A stretch of DNA of 61,502 nt, from NCBI GenBank assembly GCA_035574475.1, contig DATLYR010000164.1, forward strand, positions 1-61,502. Reading direction: 5' to 3'. Each line of letters starts with the position of its first letter. Position 1 is the stretch's first letter. Origin of the DNA: Nevskiales bacterium. GTDB lineage: Bacteria; Pseudomonadota; Gammaproteobacteria; Nevskiales; DATLYR01. Positions 1 through 8,686 of the stretch are shown piece after piece. The notes beneath the pieces are model-generated. The model saw only the letters and a program-made list of their open reading frames with translations. It did not search any database and was not told where the DNA came from. The position numbers and the translations under genes were made by a program.

Positions 1-1
1 G

Positions 2-148
<147 letters not shown>

Positions 149-164
149 CGGAAGGGAGGAAGCG

Positions 165-518
165 ATGGACGGTTACACCACTTCCAGGCTCGCCAGCGCG
201 GCCGGTGTCAGCGTCCATGTCGTGCGCGACTACGTGCTGCGCGGGCTGGTGCATCCGGTGCGTCACACGCCGGGCGGCTATGGTCTCTACGACGAGCAGG
301 CGCTGACGCGGCTGCGCCTGGTGCGGGCGCTGTTCGAGGCCGGGATCGGCCTCGACGAGTTGGCCCGCCTGTGCCATGCCCTGGATGCGGACGGCGATGC
401 CGCCGCGTGCCTGACCCGCTTGCGCACATGGCTCGCGGCACGGCGCGAGCGGCTGGAGTCCCTCGACCGGCAGCTTGCCGGCATGGTGGATGCCCATGCG
501 GAGTGCCGTCATGGATAA
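165..518 (+). CDS. merD: MerD, MerR-family co-regulator of the mer operon
   Basis: 117-aa ORF with an N-terminal HTH ([26 protein letters not shown]). It sits directly after merA. Confidence 0.9.
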   Translation: MDGYTTSRLASAAGVSVHVVRDYVLRGLVHPVRHTPGGYGLYDEQALTRLRLVRALFEAGIGLDELARLCHALDADGDAAACLTRLRTWLAARRERLESLDRQLAGMVDAHAECRHG

Positions 519-729
519 CGATCAAGCGCCGGGCTGGCGGGCTTACGCCTGGGGTGTGCTGGCCGCGCTGACCTGCCCGTGCCACTTGCCGATCCTGGCC
601 GCCGTCCTGGCAGGCACGACCGCCGGCGCGTTCCTCAGCGAGCATTTTGGAATCGCGGCGCTCGCCCTGGCGGCCCTGTTCCTGTTGGCCCTGACGCGTG
701 CGCTACGGGCCTTCCGGAGCCGGTCATGA
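511..729 (+). CDS. merE: MerE, small mercury transport membrane protein
   Basis: Internal ATG at 511 of ORF 475-729. It carries the [22 protein letters not shown] motif and two TM helices, and overlaps the merD stop. Confidence 0.85.
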   Translation: MDNDQAPGWRAYAWGVLAALTCPCHLPILAAVLAGTTAGAFLSEHFGIAALALAALFLLALTRALRAFRSRS

Positions 730-1505
730 TCGCGACGCCATCCGATGAACCGACCACCGCGCAATTGGCGCAAGCGGCGCAGCGGCAGGAACTGGTTCTT
801 CACTACCAACCGATCATCGCCGTAGACGGCGGCGCGCTCATCGGCGCGGAGGCGCTGTTGCGCTGGGTGCACCCCGACCTCGGTCTGCTGGCTCCTGTGC
901 GTTTCCTGCCGATGGCCGAGGCCGCCGGGCTGATGCCGTCGATCGGCGACTGGGTATTGCGGGAAGCCTGCCGGCAGATGCATGACTGGCAGGAACACGT
1001 TCCGGCGTCGTTCCGCCTGGCGGTTAACGTGGCCGCCAGTCAGGTGGGGCCGGACTTCGACACCGCTCTGCGGCACGTGCTGGCCGCCACGCCGTTGCCC
1101 GGCGAGCGGCTGGAGATCGAGCTGACCGAATCGGCTGCGTTCGGCGATCCGACGCTGTTCGCCCTGTTCGACGCACTGCGCACCAATGGCGTGCGCTTCG
1201 CCGCCGACGACTTCGGGACCGGCTATTCCTGCCTCCAACACCTGAAGTGCTGCCCCATCGGCACCCTCAAGATCGACCAATCGTTCGTCGCCGGCCTCGC
1301 CGCCGACGCCCGCGATCGGACCATCGTGGACACCGTGATCCGGCTCGCGCACGGGCTGGGCTTGGACGTGGTGGCTGAGGGCGTGGAGACCTCAACCAGC
1401 CTCGAATGGTTGCGCCAGGCCGGCTGCGACGCGGTACAGGGCTTCCTGTACGCCAAGCCGCTGCCGGCCGACGAGTTCATCCGCTTCGCCCATCAGAGGA
1501 GGTAG
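726..1505 (+). CDS. EAL-domain protein (cyclic-di-GMP phosphodiesterase-like, mer-transposon 'urf2'-like)
   Basis: ATG at 726 overlaps the merE stop. EAL-family motifs are present: [30 protein letters not shown] and QGFLYAKP. Confidence 0.85.
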   Translation: MIATPSDEPTTAQLAQAAQRQELVLHYQPIIAVDGGALIGAEALLRWVHPDLGLLAPVRFLPMAEAAGLMPSIGDWVLREACRQMHDWQEHVPASFRLAVNVAASQVGPDFDTALRHVLAATPLPGERLEIELTESAAFGDPTLFALFDALRTNGVRFAADDFGTGYSCLQHLKCCPIGTLKIDQSFVAGLAADARDRTIVDTVIRLAHGLGLDVVAEGVETSTSLEWLRQAGCDAVQGFLYAKPLPADEFIRFAHQRR

Positions 1506-1507
1506 AC

Positions 1508-1714
1508 ATGATGAACAACGAACCTGGGGCGGTCGCCTGCTGCGTCTGCTGCAGGGAAATCCCGCTCGACGCCGCCTTGACGCCGGAAGGCGCCGAGTAC
1601 GTCGAGCACTTCTGCGGGCTGGAGTGCTATCAGCGCTTCCAGGCGCGCGCCAAGGCCGGCGAGGGCGAGCCCGAGTCCGAGCAAGCGCCGGGCCGGCAGC
1701 CTGATCCGTTCTGA
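1508..1714 (+). CDS. small Cys-rich protein, DUF3330-like
   Basis: ATG at 1508, 2 nt after the EAL gene stop. Sequence [21 protein letters not shown]...[11 protein letters not shown] fits a zinc-ribbon-like Cys pattern. Confidence 0.65.
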   Translation: MMNNEPGAVACCVCCREIPLDAALTPEGAEYVEHFCGLECYQRFQARAKAGEGEPESEQAPGRQPDPF

Positions 1715-1751
1715 GTCAGGTCACGCCGCGCCCCGTGGGTACGCCACTGCG

Positions 1752-2651
1752 TCAGAAATTGAGGCGAAAGCCGGTGGTCAGGATGAAATTGTTCCTGAGC
1801 GCGCTGCCGTTCAGGTGCTGCGAGACCGGTATCTGAGCGCCCGCTTCGAGCACCCATTTGCGGGTCACATACTGCACGGTCGGCGTCAGGAACAGCGTCG
1901 TGCCGCCCGAGTTCCGAGCGTCAGCCCCATCGACCCGATCCTTGGCTACATGGATCAGGTTGGCCTCCAGCCCGCCGTAGAGAAAGCTGGGGACGCCTTC
2001 GCCCAACGTGCCGGGCCACAGCCGGCGCTGGACCGACAGATCGAGGCGGCTGACCGCGCCGGCTCGGAATCCGTTGGCCTCGCCGTTGCGCTGATGGGCG
2101 AGTTGAACGTCCCATCCCCAATCCAGGGATTGGAAAGACGCCACCGCGCCGCCTTGCCAGTCCCAGGAGCCCGAACCCGGCTGGAGCATAGTCGGCAGCC
2201 GTCCCAGGCGATCGGAGGCGTGGTCATCGCCGGTCGGCGCCTTGACGCCGAGAAACGGCGCGATGCGGAAGGTATGCCCCGTCGCGTTGTCCTCGTAGAC
2301 CGTGTAGCGGCCCATGAACATCGCATCGCCAAAGCCCGACTGGCTGCGCGTCGCGTCCGCCCCACCCACGTTCATCGACAGCCGCTTGTCGGCATAAGGC
2401 AGCACCGCGAACACGGCAATGTCACGGGTGACGCCGTAGCCCAGCACGGACATCAGACCGGAAACCTCCATGCGGCGGTTCATCGATGATGGATCGTCGG
2501 CGCTCTTCACGTAGACGAGCTGCTCGCGCAGAATCCACTCGTCCTTGGAGATGGGCAGGGCCGTGTTGAAGGTCAACGGCGCGGCGTTGACGGCCCCCGC
2601 CCAGGCGCAAAGCACGGCCAGCGCCAGGATGTTTCCGGGCGGGACGTTCAT
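1752..2651 (-). CDS. outer-membrane beta-barrel protein (MetA-pathway/'transporter' OMP family-like)
   Basis: 299 aa with a signal peptide (LAVLCAWAGAVNA/AP), an alternating beta-strand pattern and a C-terminal ...TTGFRLNF. Its start overlaps the stop of the upstream HMA gene. Confidence 0.7.
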   Translation of the reverse strand: MNVPPGNILALAVLCAWAGAVNAAPLTFNTALPISKDEWILREQLVYVKSADDPSSMNRRMEVSGLMSVLGYGVTRDIAVFAVLPYADKRLSMNVGGADATRSQSGFGDAMFMGRYTVYEDNATGHTFRIAPFLGVKAPTGDDHASDRLGRLPTMLQPGSGSWDWQGGAVASFQSLDWGWDVQLAHQRNGEANGFRAGAVSRLDLSVQRRLWPGTLGEGVPSFLYGGLEANLIHVAKDRVDGADARNSGGTTLFLTPTVQYVTRKWVLEAGAQIPVSQHLNGSALRNNFILTTGFRLNF

Positions 2652-2965
2652 TTGGCTTCTTCCTTGGAAACCTTCGCGTCACCGGGCGTGAAGCCGGCGT
2701 CATGGATCAACTGCTTGTAGCGTTCGAGGTCGGGTTGCGCGCCGGGCTTGAGCACGATGTGGACGTTTTGCGACTTCAGGCTCGCGCTCGCACTATCGAC
2801 TTCGCTCGCCTTGCCGAGGCTCTTCTCCAGCCCATAGGCGCAGAACGGGCAGGTCATGCCCTTGACGGCAATGTCCACCACCTGGCGCTCCGCGCCGAAG
2901 GCCATGAGTGGCAGGCAAAGCGCCAAGGCGGCTGCCAGGTGTTTCAGATAGGGTCTTTTTTGCAT
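2648..2965 (-). CDS. periplasmic heavy-metal-associated (HMA) domain protein, MerP-like
   Basis: Only the last 105 codons of ORF 2648-3733 look real: MQKRPYLKHLAAALALCLPLMAFG signal peptide followed by GMTCPFCAYG (the GMTCxxC motif). Confidence 0.8.
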   Translation of the reverse strand: MQKRPYLKHLAAALALCLPLMAFGAERQVVDIAVKGMTCPFCAYGLEKSLGKASEVDSASASLKSQNVHIVLKPGAQPDLERYKQLIHDAGFTPGDAKVSKEEAK

Positions 2966-2994
2966 GACGATGATCTCCTGCGAGGATGGGAGGC

Positions 2995-3393
2995 TCAGAC
3001 CCCGAGCCAGATACGGATCGGCAGCGCCAGATAGGCGGCGAAGAAGCCGATGCCCCAGAGGGCGGCCGAGACACCATGAATCCGCCGGTTCCAGCGCTGG
3101 GCGCGCTCGCACAAGCGCCCCAGCTCGGGATCGCTCGGGCAGGTGCGACCCGGCCGGTAGAGCAGCCAGCCGGAGACCAGCAGCATCAGCCCGGAGCCGG
3201 CGAACACCCAAGCCTTGTGCAGGGCCAGCGTGCCCAGGAAGGGCACGGCACTGGTGACGGCCGCCACGGCGGCGCCCAGGCCCAGCGTGACGAACAGGAT
3301 CGGCAGCGCGCAGCAGATCAGCGTGCCGGTCGAGGTGAACAGCGTCAGCCAACTGACGACGCTTTGCGGAAGTGGTGAGGGATTGGTTTTCAT
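2995..3393 (-). CDS. MerT-like membrane protein with a vicinal Cys pair in TM1
   Basis: 132 aa. It has TGTLICCALPILF (CC..P in the first TM, as in MerT), a second Cys pair in a loop (RTCPSDPELGRLC) and 3-4 TM helices. Confidence 0.6.
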   Translation of the reverse strand: MKTNPSPLPQSVVSWLTLFTSTGTLICCALPILFVTLGLGAAVAAVTSAVPFLGTLALHKAWVFAGSGLMLLVSGWLLYRPGRTCPSDPELGRLCERAQRWNRRIHGVSAALWGIGFFAAYLALPIRIWLGV

Positions 3394-3402
3394 TGTGTGC
3401 TC

Positions 3403-3657
3403 CTACCAGGTCAGCCAGGGGAAAAAGGCGAACCAGCCATTGAGCAGATACAGGCCGGTGAGCATCAGCAGGATGCTGCCGGTCAACTCGAAAGCCCTTT
3501 GGTAGCGTCCGAGCGGTTTCATATGCTCGATCCGCTCCAGCGCGGCGGCCGCCAGAGCCAGGGGAATCGCGCGGCCGATGGCGAAACTGGTCAACATCGC
3601 CGCGCCGAACAGCGGCGAGCCGCCGGCTGCCGGCGTGTAGAACAGCTCGATCCTCAT
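3403..3657 (-). CDS. CcdA/DsbD-type transmembrane domain protein, short form or C-terminal stub
   Basis: 84 aa with 2 TM helices, resembling the C-terminal third of DsbD_2/CcdA proteins. ATGA overlap with the merR-like stop. The expected N-terminal ~140 aa are absent. Confidence 0.45.
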   Translation of the reverse strand: MRIELFYTPAAGGSPLFGAAMLTSFAIGRAIPLALAAAALERIEHMKPLGRYQRAFELTGSILLMLTGLYLLNGWFAFFPWLTW

Positions 3658-4076
3658 GGCGCGCGCTTGGCCTCAAAGCTGACCGCTTCCAGGGCCGCCA
3701 GGATCGGACAGTCATCGACAGGCAGCGCCCCACCCGAACACTCGGCGATCAGCACGTCGAGCGCGGCCGACATCGCCTGCATGGCGCGAATCTTGGCGGC
3801 GAGCTGGAGTTTCTTCTCGATGGCGCGGCTCTTTATGTCGTCGCAGCATGCGCCGTCGGCCTGGCGCAGGTGCAGCAGGTCACGAATCTCTGCGAGCGTG
3901 AAGCCGCAAGCCTGGGCGTGCTGGATGAAGCGCACCCGCCGCACCGCATCCTCGCCATAGAGGCGATAGCCGCTATCGGTCTTGCCTGCCGGGATGAGCA
4001 GCCCCTCGCGCTCGTAATAGCGCAGCGCGTCGGGGCTGATACCGGCAGCCTTTGCCAGCTTGCCGATGGTCAGCAT
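3654..4076 (-). CDS. MerR-family heavy-metal-responsive transcriptional regulator
   Basis: MLTIGKLAKAAGISPDALRYYEREGLL HTH domain. Cys77-Cys78 plus C113-x9-C123 (AECSGGALPVDDC) lie at the metal-binding positions of CadR/ZntR/MerR-type regulators. Confidence 0.9.
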   Translation of the reverse strand: MLTIGKLAKAAGISPDALRYYEREGLLIPAGKTDSGYRLYGEDAVRRVRFIQHAQACGFTLAEIRDLLHLRQADGACCDDIKSRAIEKKLQLAAKIRAMQAMSAALDVLIAECSGGALPVDDCPILAALEAVSFEAKRAP

Positions 4077-4345
4077 CAGGGCTGGCCGAGGCCGGCGGCG
4101 CGCAGGCTCGCCTCATCGACACCGCGATCAACGCAGCAGCCGGCGAGCCGGCCATCGATCGCCACGGCTGGCACCGAGCGCACGCCGAGCGCCTTCGCGC
4201 GCTGTGCGACGGCCAAGTCGCGCATGTCGAGCACATCGACTTCGCACGAGGAGCAGGCCAGGCTTTTTACAAGGGTTTCGACATCGGTGCAGGCCGGGCA
4301 GCCGGCGCTGAACACCTCGACTTTGCGCTTGGCAGTCATGTTCAA
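4076..4345 (-). CDS. small thioredoxin-fold protein (redox-active disulfide protein-like)
   Basis: 89 aa with GCPAC near the N-terminus plus CSSC and GCC. It is the first gene behind the MerR-type promoter. Confidence 0.7.
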   Translation of the reverse strand: MNMTAKRKVEVFSAGCPACTDVETLVKSLACSSCEVDVLDMRDLAVAQRAKALGVRSVPAVAIDGRLAGCCVDRGVDEASLRAAGLGQP

Positions 4346-4406
4346 ACTCCTTCCACACTCATGAAGAACACGCCTGCGTGGTCGCAGGCCACCTCTTCAC
4401 AACACC

Positions 4407-4438
4407 ACTCTAAACCTTTGAGTGCACTCCAAGGTCAA
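4407..4438 (-). promoter_or_regulatory. MerR-type promoter with a long spacer and an operator dyad
   Basis: Minus strand reads TTGACC (4438-4433), a 19-20 nt spacer, then TAGAGT (4412-4407). The spacer holds the dyad ACCTTGGAGTG/CACTCAAAGGT (4414-4435, 1 mismatch). Confidence 0.55.
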
Positions 4439-4581
4439 GCCGGATTTCAGCCTGCGGATGCCTTGCTGGCAACGAGAAGCCGTCATGGCCGGCTTTCTGC
4501 TGCGCCGCAGGCTGAGGCTGCAGCCTGGTTTGGGAAATCGCACAGCTGCCGCTCTACACGCTGTGTAACGAACCGAGCGTA

Positions 4582-4898
4582 GGACGCATGGCCTTCGCGG
4601 TCGCCCACTGCACGGCCGGCGACCTGCTCATCGGCATGACGGCAGTCGTGCTCGCCCTGCTGGCGCAGCGGGCGGGCACTTTCCGGGAGTGGCTGCGCAG
4701 GGCGGTACCCCTGACCGCAATCCTGCTCGCCATGCTCTACATGGCACCCGCGAGCGGCTCAGCCTGACGGCAGGCAACTGGGCCTATGCGCCCTGGATGC
4801 CCATCGTGCCCGGCATCGAGATCGGGCTGTCACCCTTGCTGCAATGGCCGGCTGTGATCGCCTGCGCCTGGTGGTGGGCGCACCGCGCCGTCCGTTAA
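4582..4898 (+). pseudogene. small membrane protein gene with an apparent 1-nt frameshift
   Basis: MAFAVAHCTAGDLLIGMTAVVLALLAQ...LAMLYMAPASGSA* (4582-4761) continues sensibly in ORF 4689-4898 (..RERLSLTAGNWAYAPWMPIVPGIEIGLSPLLQW..). The frame changes near 4745. Confidence 0.3.
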
Positions 4899-5971
4899 AG
4901 CAGCCGGCCGATCATCCAGGCGACTGCCATCGCCAGCGGCAAGGTCGCTACCCAGGACAGCAGGATGTTGCCCAGGGCTTTCCAGTCCAGGGTGCCCGCG
5001 TTCGCCCCGACACCGGCGATCGCGCCCACCGAGACGTGGGTAGTCGAAACCGGCAGCCCCAGCGGACTGGCGCACAGCACCAAGGCAGCGGTGATCAGGT
5101 TTGCGCTCATGCCTTGCGTGGGGTCCATGCGGCTGACGCGCTGGCTCATCGTTTGCGCGACGCGACGCGCGAACAGCCAGCCACCGGCCGCCATCACGGC
5201 CGCAATCATCAGGATCGACAGGGGCGCATCCACGAGCTGCGCGGCGAGCAGCAGCGCCGTCAGCTTGGGGGTGTCGTTGACGCCCCGGGCGAAGCAGATC
5301 GACATCGCGGACAGCACGTGCAGGCGGTCCATGCTCCGAGACACCGACCAGCGCACTGGCGCGTCCAGCCGCTCGCAGTCCGCAGCCCCCGCCACGATGA
5401 CCGCAGGGACCGCCAAACGCACCACTGCTGCCCGATCGCCCGGCGCAGACGTTGCCGGTTCCAACGGCACGACGCATAGGCAATCCCTGGCGCCGGTGAG
5501 CGGCCGCAACACACGATACGCCACCGCGCTCAACAGGGCTGCGAGCAAGGGGCTGAGCAGCAGCGGCAGCAAGAACATGACCACCAGCCGGTCGAGGTGC
5601 ACAGCGCTGTTCTGCGCCAGATTCGCCCCCACCAGCGCGCCGATCAAGGCATGCGTGGTGGAGACCGGAAGCCCGAGTCGGGTGGCCATCAGCACCGTCA
5701 TGGCCGCGCCGCTGGCCACCGCGGTCATCAGGCGAGGATCCCCAACGACCGCATCGGGCACCAGCCCTTTGCCGGTGAAGGATTGCGCCAGCGCGGCGGC
5801 CAGGCCCCAGGATGCGAGGCTGCCGGCCACCGTGGCCAGCGTGGCCCAGGCGAGCGCCCGGCGATAGTCCAGGATCTGCGCTCCCCAGACCGTGGCAAAG
5901 CCTTTGAAGTTGTCGTTGGCGCCGTTGCCAAGCGCCAACACCAGCACGGCCACGAGGGTGAGCAGTTCCAT
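4895..5971 (-). CDS. inorganic phosphate transporter, PiT (PHO4) family
   Basis: 358 aa. GANDNFKG at the N-terminus, duplicated GLPVSTTH motifs and GVNDTPK are all typical of PiT. Confidence 0.9.
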   Translation of the reverse strand: MELLTLVAVLVLALGNGANDNFKGFATVWGAQILDYRRALAWATLATVAGSLASWGLAAALAQSFTGKGLVPDAVVGDPRLMTAVASGAAMTVLMATRLGLPVSTTHALIGALVGANLAQNSAVHLDRLVVMFLLPLLLSPLLAALLSAVAYRVLRPLTGARDCLCVVPLEPATSAPGDRAAVVRLAVPAVIVAGAADCERLDAPVRWSVSRSMDRLHVLSAMSICFARGVNDTPKLTALLLAAQLVDAPLSILMIAAVMAAGGWLFARRVAQTMSQRVSRMDPTQGMSANLITAALVLCASPLGLPVSTTHVSVGAIAGVGANAGTLDWKALGNILLSWVATLPLAMAVAWMIGRLL

Positions 5972-5986
5972 GGCTGGCCTCGTGGT

Positions 5987-7027
5987 TTAGCAGCAGCTCG
6001 ATGCCGCCGCCCCCGTCGCCCCGACATCGAACGGCAAGCCGCCACCGCAGCCGGCAAACAGGCCATAGTGGCGGGAGAAGTCACCGATGAAATCGAAGTG
6101 CGGGGCAAAGCGCGTCTCGTGGAGCATGCGCCAAGTGTTGCCGCACACCGGAAAGACACGCCCGGTTTCGATGTCGTGGTGTTTGTCGAGCGTGAAGCGA
6201 TCCGGGCACTGCGGGATGCTGCCACGGTAGATCACGGCCTGACCGTAGTCTTCGCAGGCACTCTCCAGTGCGTCGAGCTTGAACAGCCGGTAAGTGGCCG
6301 AAAAAAAGCGCGCGCTGCCCAGCTTGGCCGCCAACGTCGGGTCCGTCACGGCCAGCGGCCGGTCGCTGACCAGGCGCGGGTCGGCAAACCCTGCCGCCTG
6401 CGCCAGTCGAAGGAAATCGTTCCAGTACAGCGCACCGCCCAGGCATTCACCGTAGAGCACCGGATCGTGGCGCACCGCCTGCGGCAAACGCCGGTCGGCA
6501 TAGACATCGGAGAAATAGAACTCGCCGCCCGGCTTGAGCAGCCGCTGCACGCCCGCCAGCACGGCCGGTTTGTCCGGTGAGAGGTTGACCACGCAGTTGG
6601 AGACGATGACATCGAAGCTGCCGGGGGGCAGATCGAGCGCGTCGAGCTGTTCGATATAGCCTTTGACGAAGCGCACATTGGCGTAGCCGAAGCGCTCGGC
6701 GTGCCAGTCGCGGTGTTGCTGCGCCACCGCGAGCTGCTCGTCGGTCATGTCCACACCCACCACCTCGCCATGGGGGCCGACCAGTTGCGCGAGCAAATAC
6801 ACATCGCGGCCGCTGCCGCAGCCCAGATCGAGCACGCGGCAGCCCTCCAGCAACGGCGGGCACACCAGTCCGCAGCCGTAGTAGCGCGCCTGCACCTCGG
6901 GGTGGATGTTGGCCAGCAGCGGTTTGAGCCACTCGGGCACCTGGCTGGGGTCACAGCAGGCGCTGGTCTTCAAGTCGTCTGAGTGCTGAAGCTGTTTGCC
7001 GTAATAATCTTGGACCAGGGCATGCAT
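5987..7027 (-). CDS. arsM: arsenite S-adenosylmethionine methyltransferase
   Basis: Real start is MHALVQDYYGK at 7027, inside ORF 5987-7927. It has N-terminal TSACCD, the SAM motif VLDLGCGSGRD, SNCVVNLSPDK, YGECLGGALY and a C-terminal SSCC. Confidence 0.85.
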   Translation of the reverse strand: MHALVQDYYGKQLQHSDDLKTSACCDPSQVPEWLKPLLANIHPEVQARYYGCGLVCPPLLEGCRVLDLGCGSGRDVYLLAQLVGPHGEVVGVDMTDEQLAVAQQHRDWHAERFGYANVRFVKGYIEQLDALDLPPGSFDVIVSNCVVNLSPDKPAVLAGVQRLLKPGGEFYFSDVYADRRLPQAVRHDPVLYGECLGGALYWNDFLRLAQAAGFADPRLVSDRPLAVTDPTLAAKLGSARFFSATYRLFKLDALESACEDYGQAVIYRGSIPQCPDRFTLDKHHDIETGRVFPVCGNTWRMLHETRFAPHFDFIGDFSRHYGLFAGCGGGLPFDVGATGAAASSCC

Positions 7028-7047
7028 GGGAAGTGGCCTCCACGGCG

Positions 7048-7392
7048 TCAGGGGAATTGACAGGGCGCTTCGCGCGCCACGAAATGCAGATCGACCTCCA
7101 GCGGCCGCGCAAGCAGAGCCATGCTGGCCATCGCCTCGGCTTCGACGGCGGCCACGCCGTCCCACTCGCGCACGCGGTAACGGGTGGGCGGCACCCTGTC
7201 CGACAAGCGCACCACACGCCACGGTGCCGGGGGCACGTCCGTTGTGACCCCGGCAAAGCGCCCCACCCAATGCACGGGGGCGGAGGTGGCGGCGGAGGGA
7301 TGGTTTGCTGGGATGGGGGGCGATGGGGTTTGCGCCTGGGCCGCCGAGAGGGTCAGGACGCCCAGCGCCAGGGTCCACAGACGTGCGTTCAT
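7048..7392 (-). pseudogene. DUF3047-like secreted protein, N-terminal half only
   Basis: MNARLWTLALGVLTLSAAQA signal peptide, then PWRVVRLSDRVPPTRYRVREWDGVAAVEAEAMASMALLARPLEVDL, which matches the start of DUF3047. The ORF stops 20 nt before arsM, at about half the usual length. Confidence 0.5.
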
Positions 7393-8015
7393 GCCGCCTC
7401 CTGCCACGCCGCGGGCAGCGCGGCCAGATGTTCGGGTTCGTCGATGTCAGTGAGGGCCGGCGCTTCGGCCCAGTGCCAGCCGAGCGCCGCCATGCGTGCG
7501 CGGGTGACCGCGGCCACCTCTGGTGTGCTCCAGGGCATGTCGGCAAACAAGCGGGGGTGCGGCTCGCGCACGCCCAAGGCCACATAGCCACCATCGGTGC
7601 TGGGCACGAGCACGGCATCGTGCGTGTGCAGCCCTTGCACCACGGCGTGCAGGGCTGCAGCGTCGAGCGCCGGGCAGTCCGTGCCGATGAACAGCAGCGC
7701 GTGCCCTGCTGCCGCATGGTGTTCGGCCATGCGCCACAGACGCTCGCCCAAATCGCCCGCGCCTTGATCCACCCAGCACAACTGTTGCGCCAGCGCAGCG
7801 GGCAGAGCGTCCTGCCAGGCCGGGTGGGTCGGCGCGGGGCTGGTGCACAGCACGACGTCGCCCACCGCGGACGCCAGCGCTTGCTGCACGGTGTGCGTGA
7901 GCATGCGCTGTGCCAGCCGCGCCGCACCCTCTGGCCCCAGGGCCGGGATCAGCCGCGTTTTGACCACACCGGGCTGCGGCGCTTTGGCGAACACGAGCAC
8001 GCGCACGGGCCTCAT
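7389..8015 (-). CDS. DUF2064 / TIGR04282-type glycosyltransferase (arsenosugar-cluster type)
   Basis: Start MRPVRVLVFAKAPQPGVVKTRL at 8015, in ATGA overlap with the upstream gene. FIGTDCP and DGGY motifs are present. Confidence 0.8.
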   Translation of the reverse strand: MRPVRVLVFAKAPQPGVVKTRLIPALGPEGAARLAQRMLTHTVQQALASAVGDVVLCTSPAPTHPAWQDALPAALAQQLCWVDQGAGDLGERLWRMAEHHAAAGHALLFIGTDCPALDAAALHAVVQGLHTHDAVLVPSTDGGYVALGVREPHPRLFADMPWSTPEVAAVTRARMAALGWHWAEAPALTDIDEPEHLAALPAAWQEAA

Positions 8016-8686
8016 CGGTACGCCCTCGCCAACACGTCGGGATCGGCCCCGAAAAAATAACGGGCGCGCAGCCACCACATCAGAACGATGGTGCGCCACA
8101 CACCGCGACTCTCCCAGCGGCGGCCCGAGGTGGTCACGCGCAGACGCAGGCAGGCCGGGCGCGACAGGCGCTTGAGCCGGCGCGAGAGTTCGATGTCTTC
8201 CATCAGCGCCTGGGCGGGATAGCCCCCCACCTGTGCAAAGGCTGCGCGGGAGACGAAGAGGGCCTGATCGCCGGTGGCGATGCCGCTCAACCGCGAACGC
8301 CCATTCATCAGCGCGGCCACCACTCCCAGCCAGTGGCTGCGGCCGTCGATGTGGACGTCGAAGCGCCCCCAGACATGGCGGCCGTCGCGCAGCGCCGCTT
8401 CGATGGCCACGGCGGCCCCCGCAGGCAGCCGTGTATCGGCATGCAGAAACAGCAGCGCATCGCCCTGTGCTGCCGCCGCACCGGCGTTCATTTGCGTGGC
8501 GCGGCCGCGCGTGGCGGTGAGCACCGTAAAGCCCGCGGCCTGCGCCAGCGCAGGCGAGCCATCGTGGCTGCCGCCATCGACCAGGAGCACCTCGTGCCCC
8601 TGTCGCCGCAGCACATCGAGCTGTGCCAGCAAGGCAGGCAACTGGGCTGCTTCATTGAGCATCGGCACGATGATCGACAGCTTCAT
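8012..8686 (-). CDS. family-2 glycosyltransferase, TIGR04283-type (arsenosugar-cluster type)
   Basis: Start MKLSIIVPMLNE at 8686 (ATGA overlap). It has LLVDGGSHDGS, FLHADT and MEDIELSRRL motifs. Confidence 0.8.
   Translation of the reverse strand: MKLSIIVPMLNEAAQLPALLAQLDVLRRQGHEVLLVDGGSHDGSPALAQAAGFTVLTATRGRATQMNAGAAAAQGDALLFLHADTRLPAGAAVAIEAALRDGRHVWGRFDVHIDGRSHWLGVVAALMNGRSRLSGIATGDQALFVSRAAFAQVGGYPAQALMEDIELSRRLKRLSRPACLRLRVTTSGRRWESRGVWRTIVLMWWLRARYFFGADPDVLARAYR

Noticed and set aside
1715-1751. A Tn21/Tn501-type 38-bp or Tn5053-type 25-bp terminal inverted repeat after the mer accessory genes.
   Set aside because: The 37-nt spacer (GTCAGGTCACGCCGCGCCCCGTGGGTACGCCACTGCG) shows no resemblance to GGGGTCGTCTCAGAAAACGG... 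or TGTCATTTTCAGAAGACG... type ends, as far as I can judge by eye.
5987-7927. 646-aa ORF suggesting a giant ArsM fusion. Similarly ORF 2648-3733 (361 aa), ORF 8683-11148 (821 aa), ORF 18692-19666 and ORF 19141-20232.
   Set aside because: Only the C-terminal parts carry family motifs. The N-terminal extensions run in frame across neighbouring genes that are better explained on their own frames. Internal ATGs with RBS or ATGA coupling give normal-length proteins.
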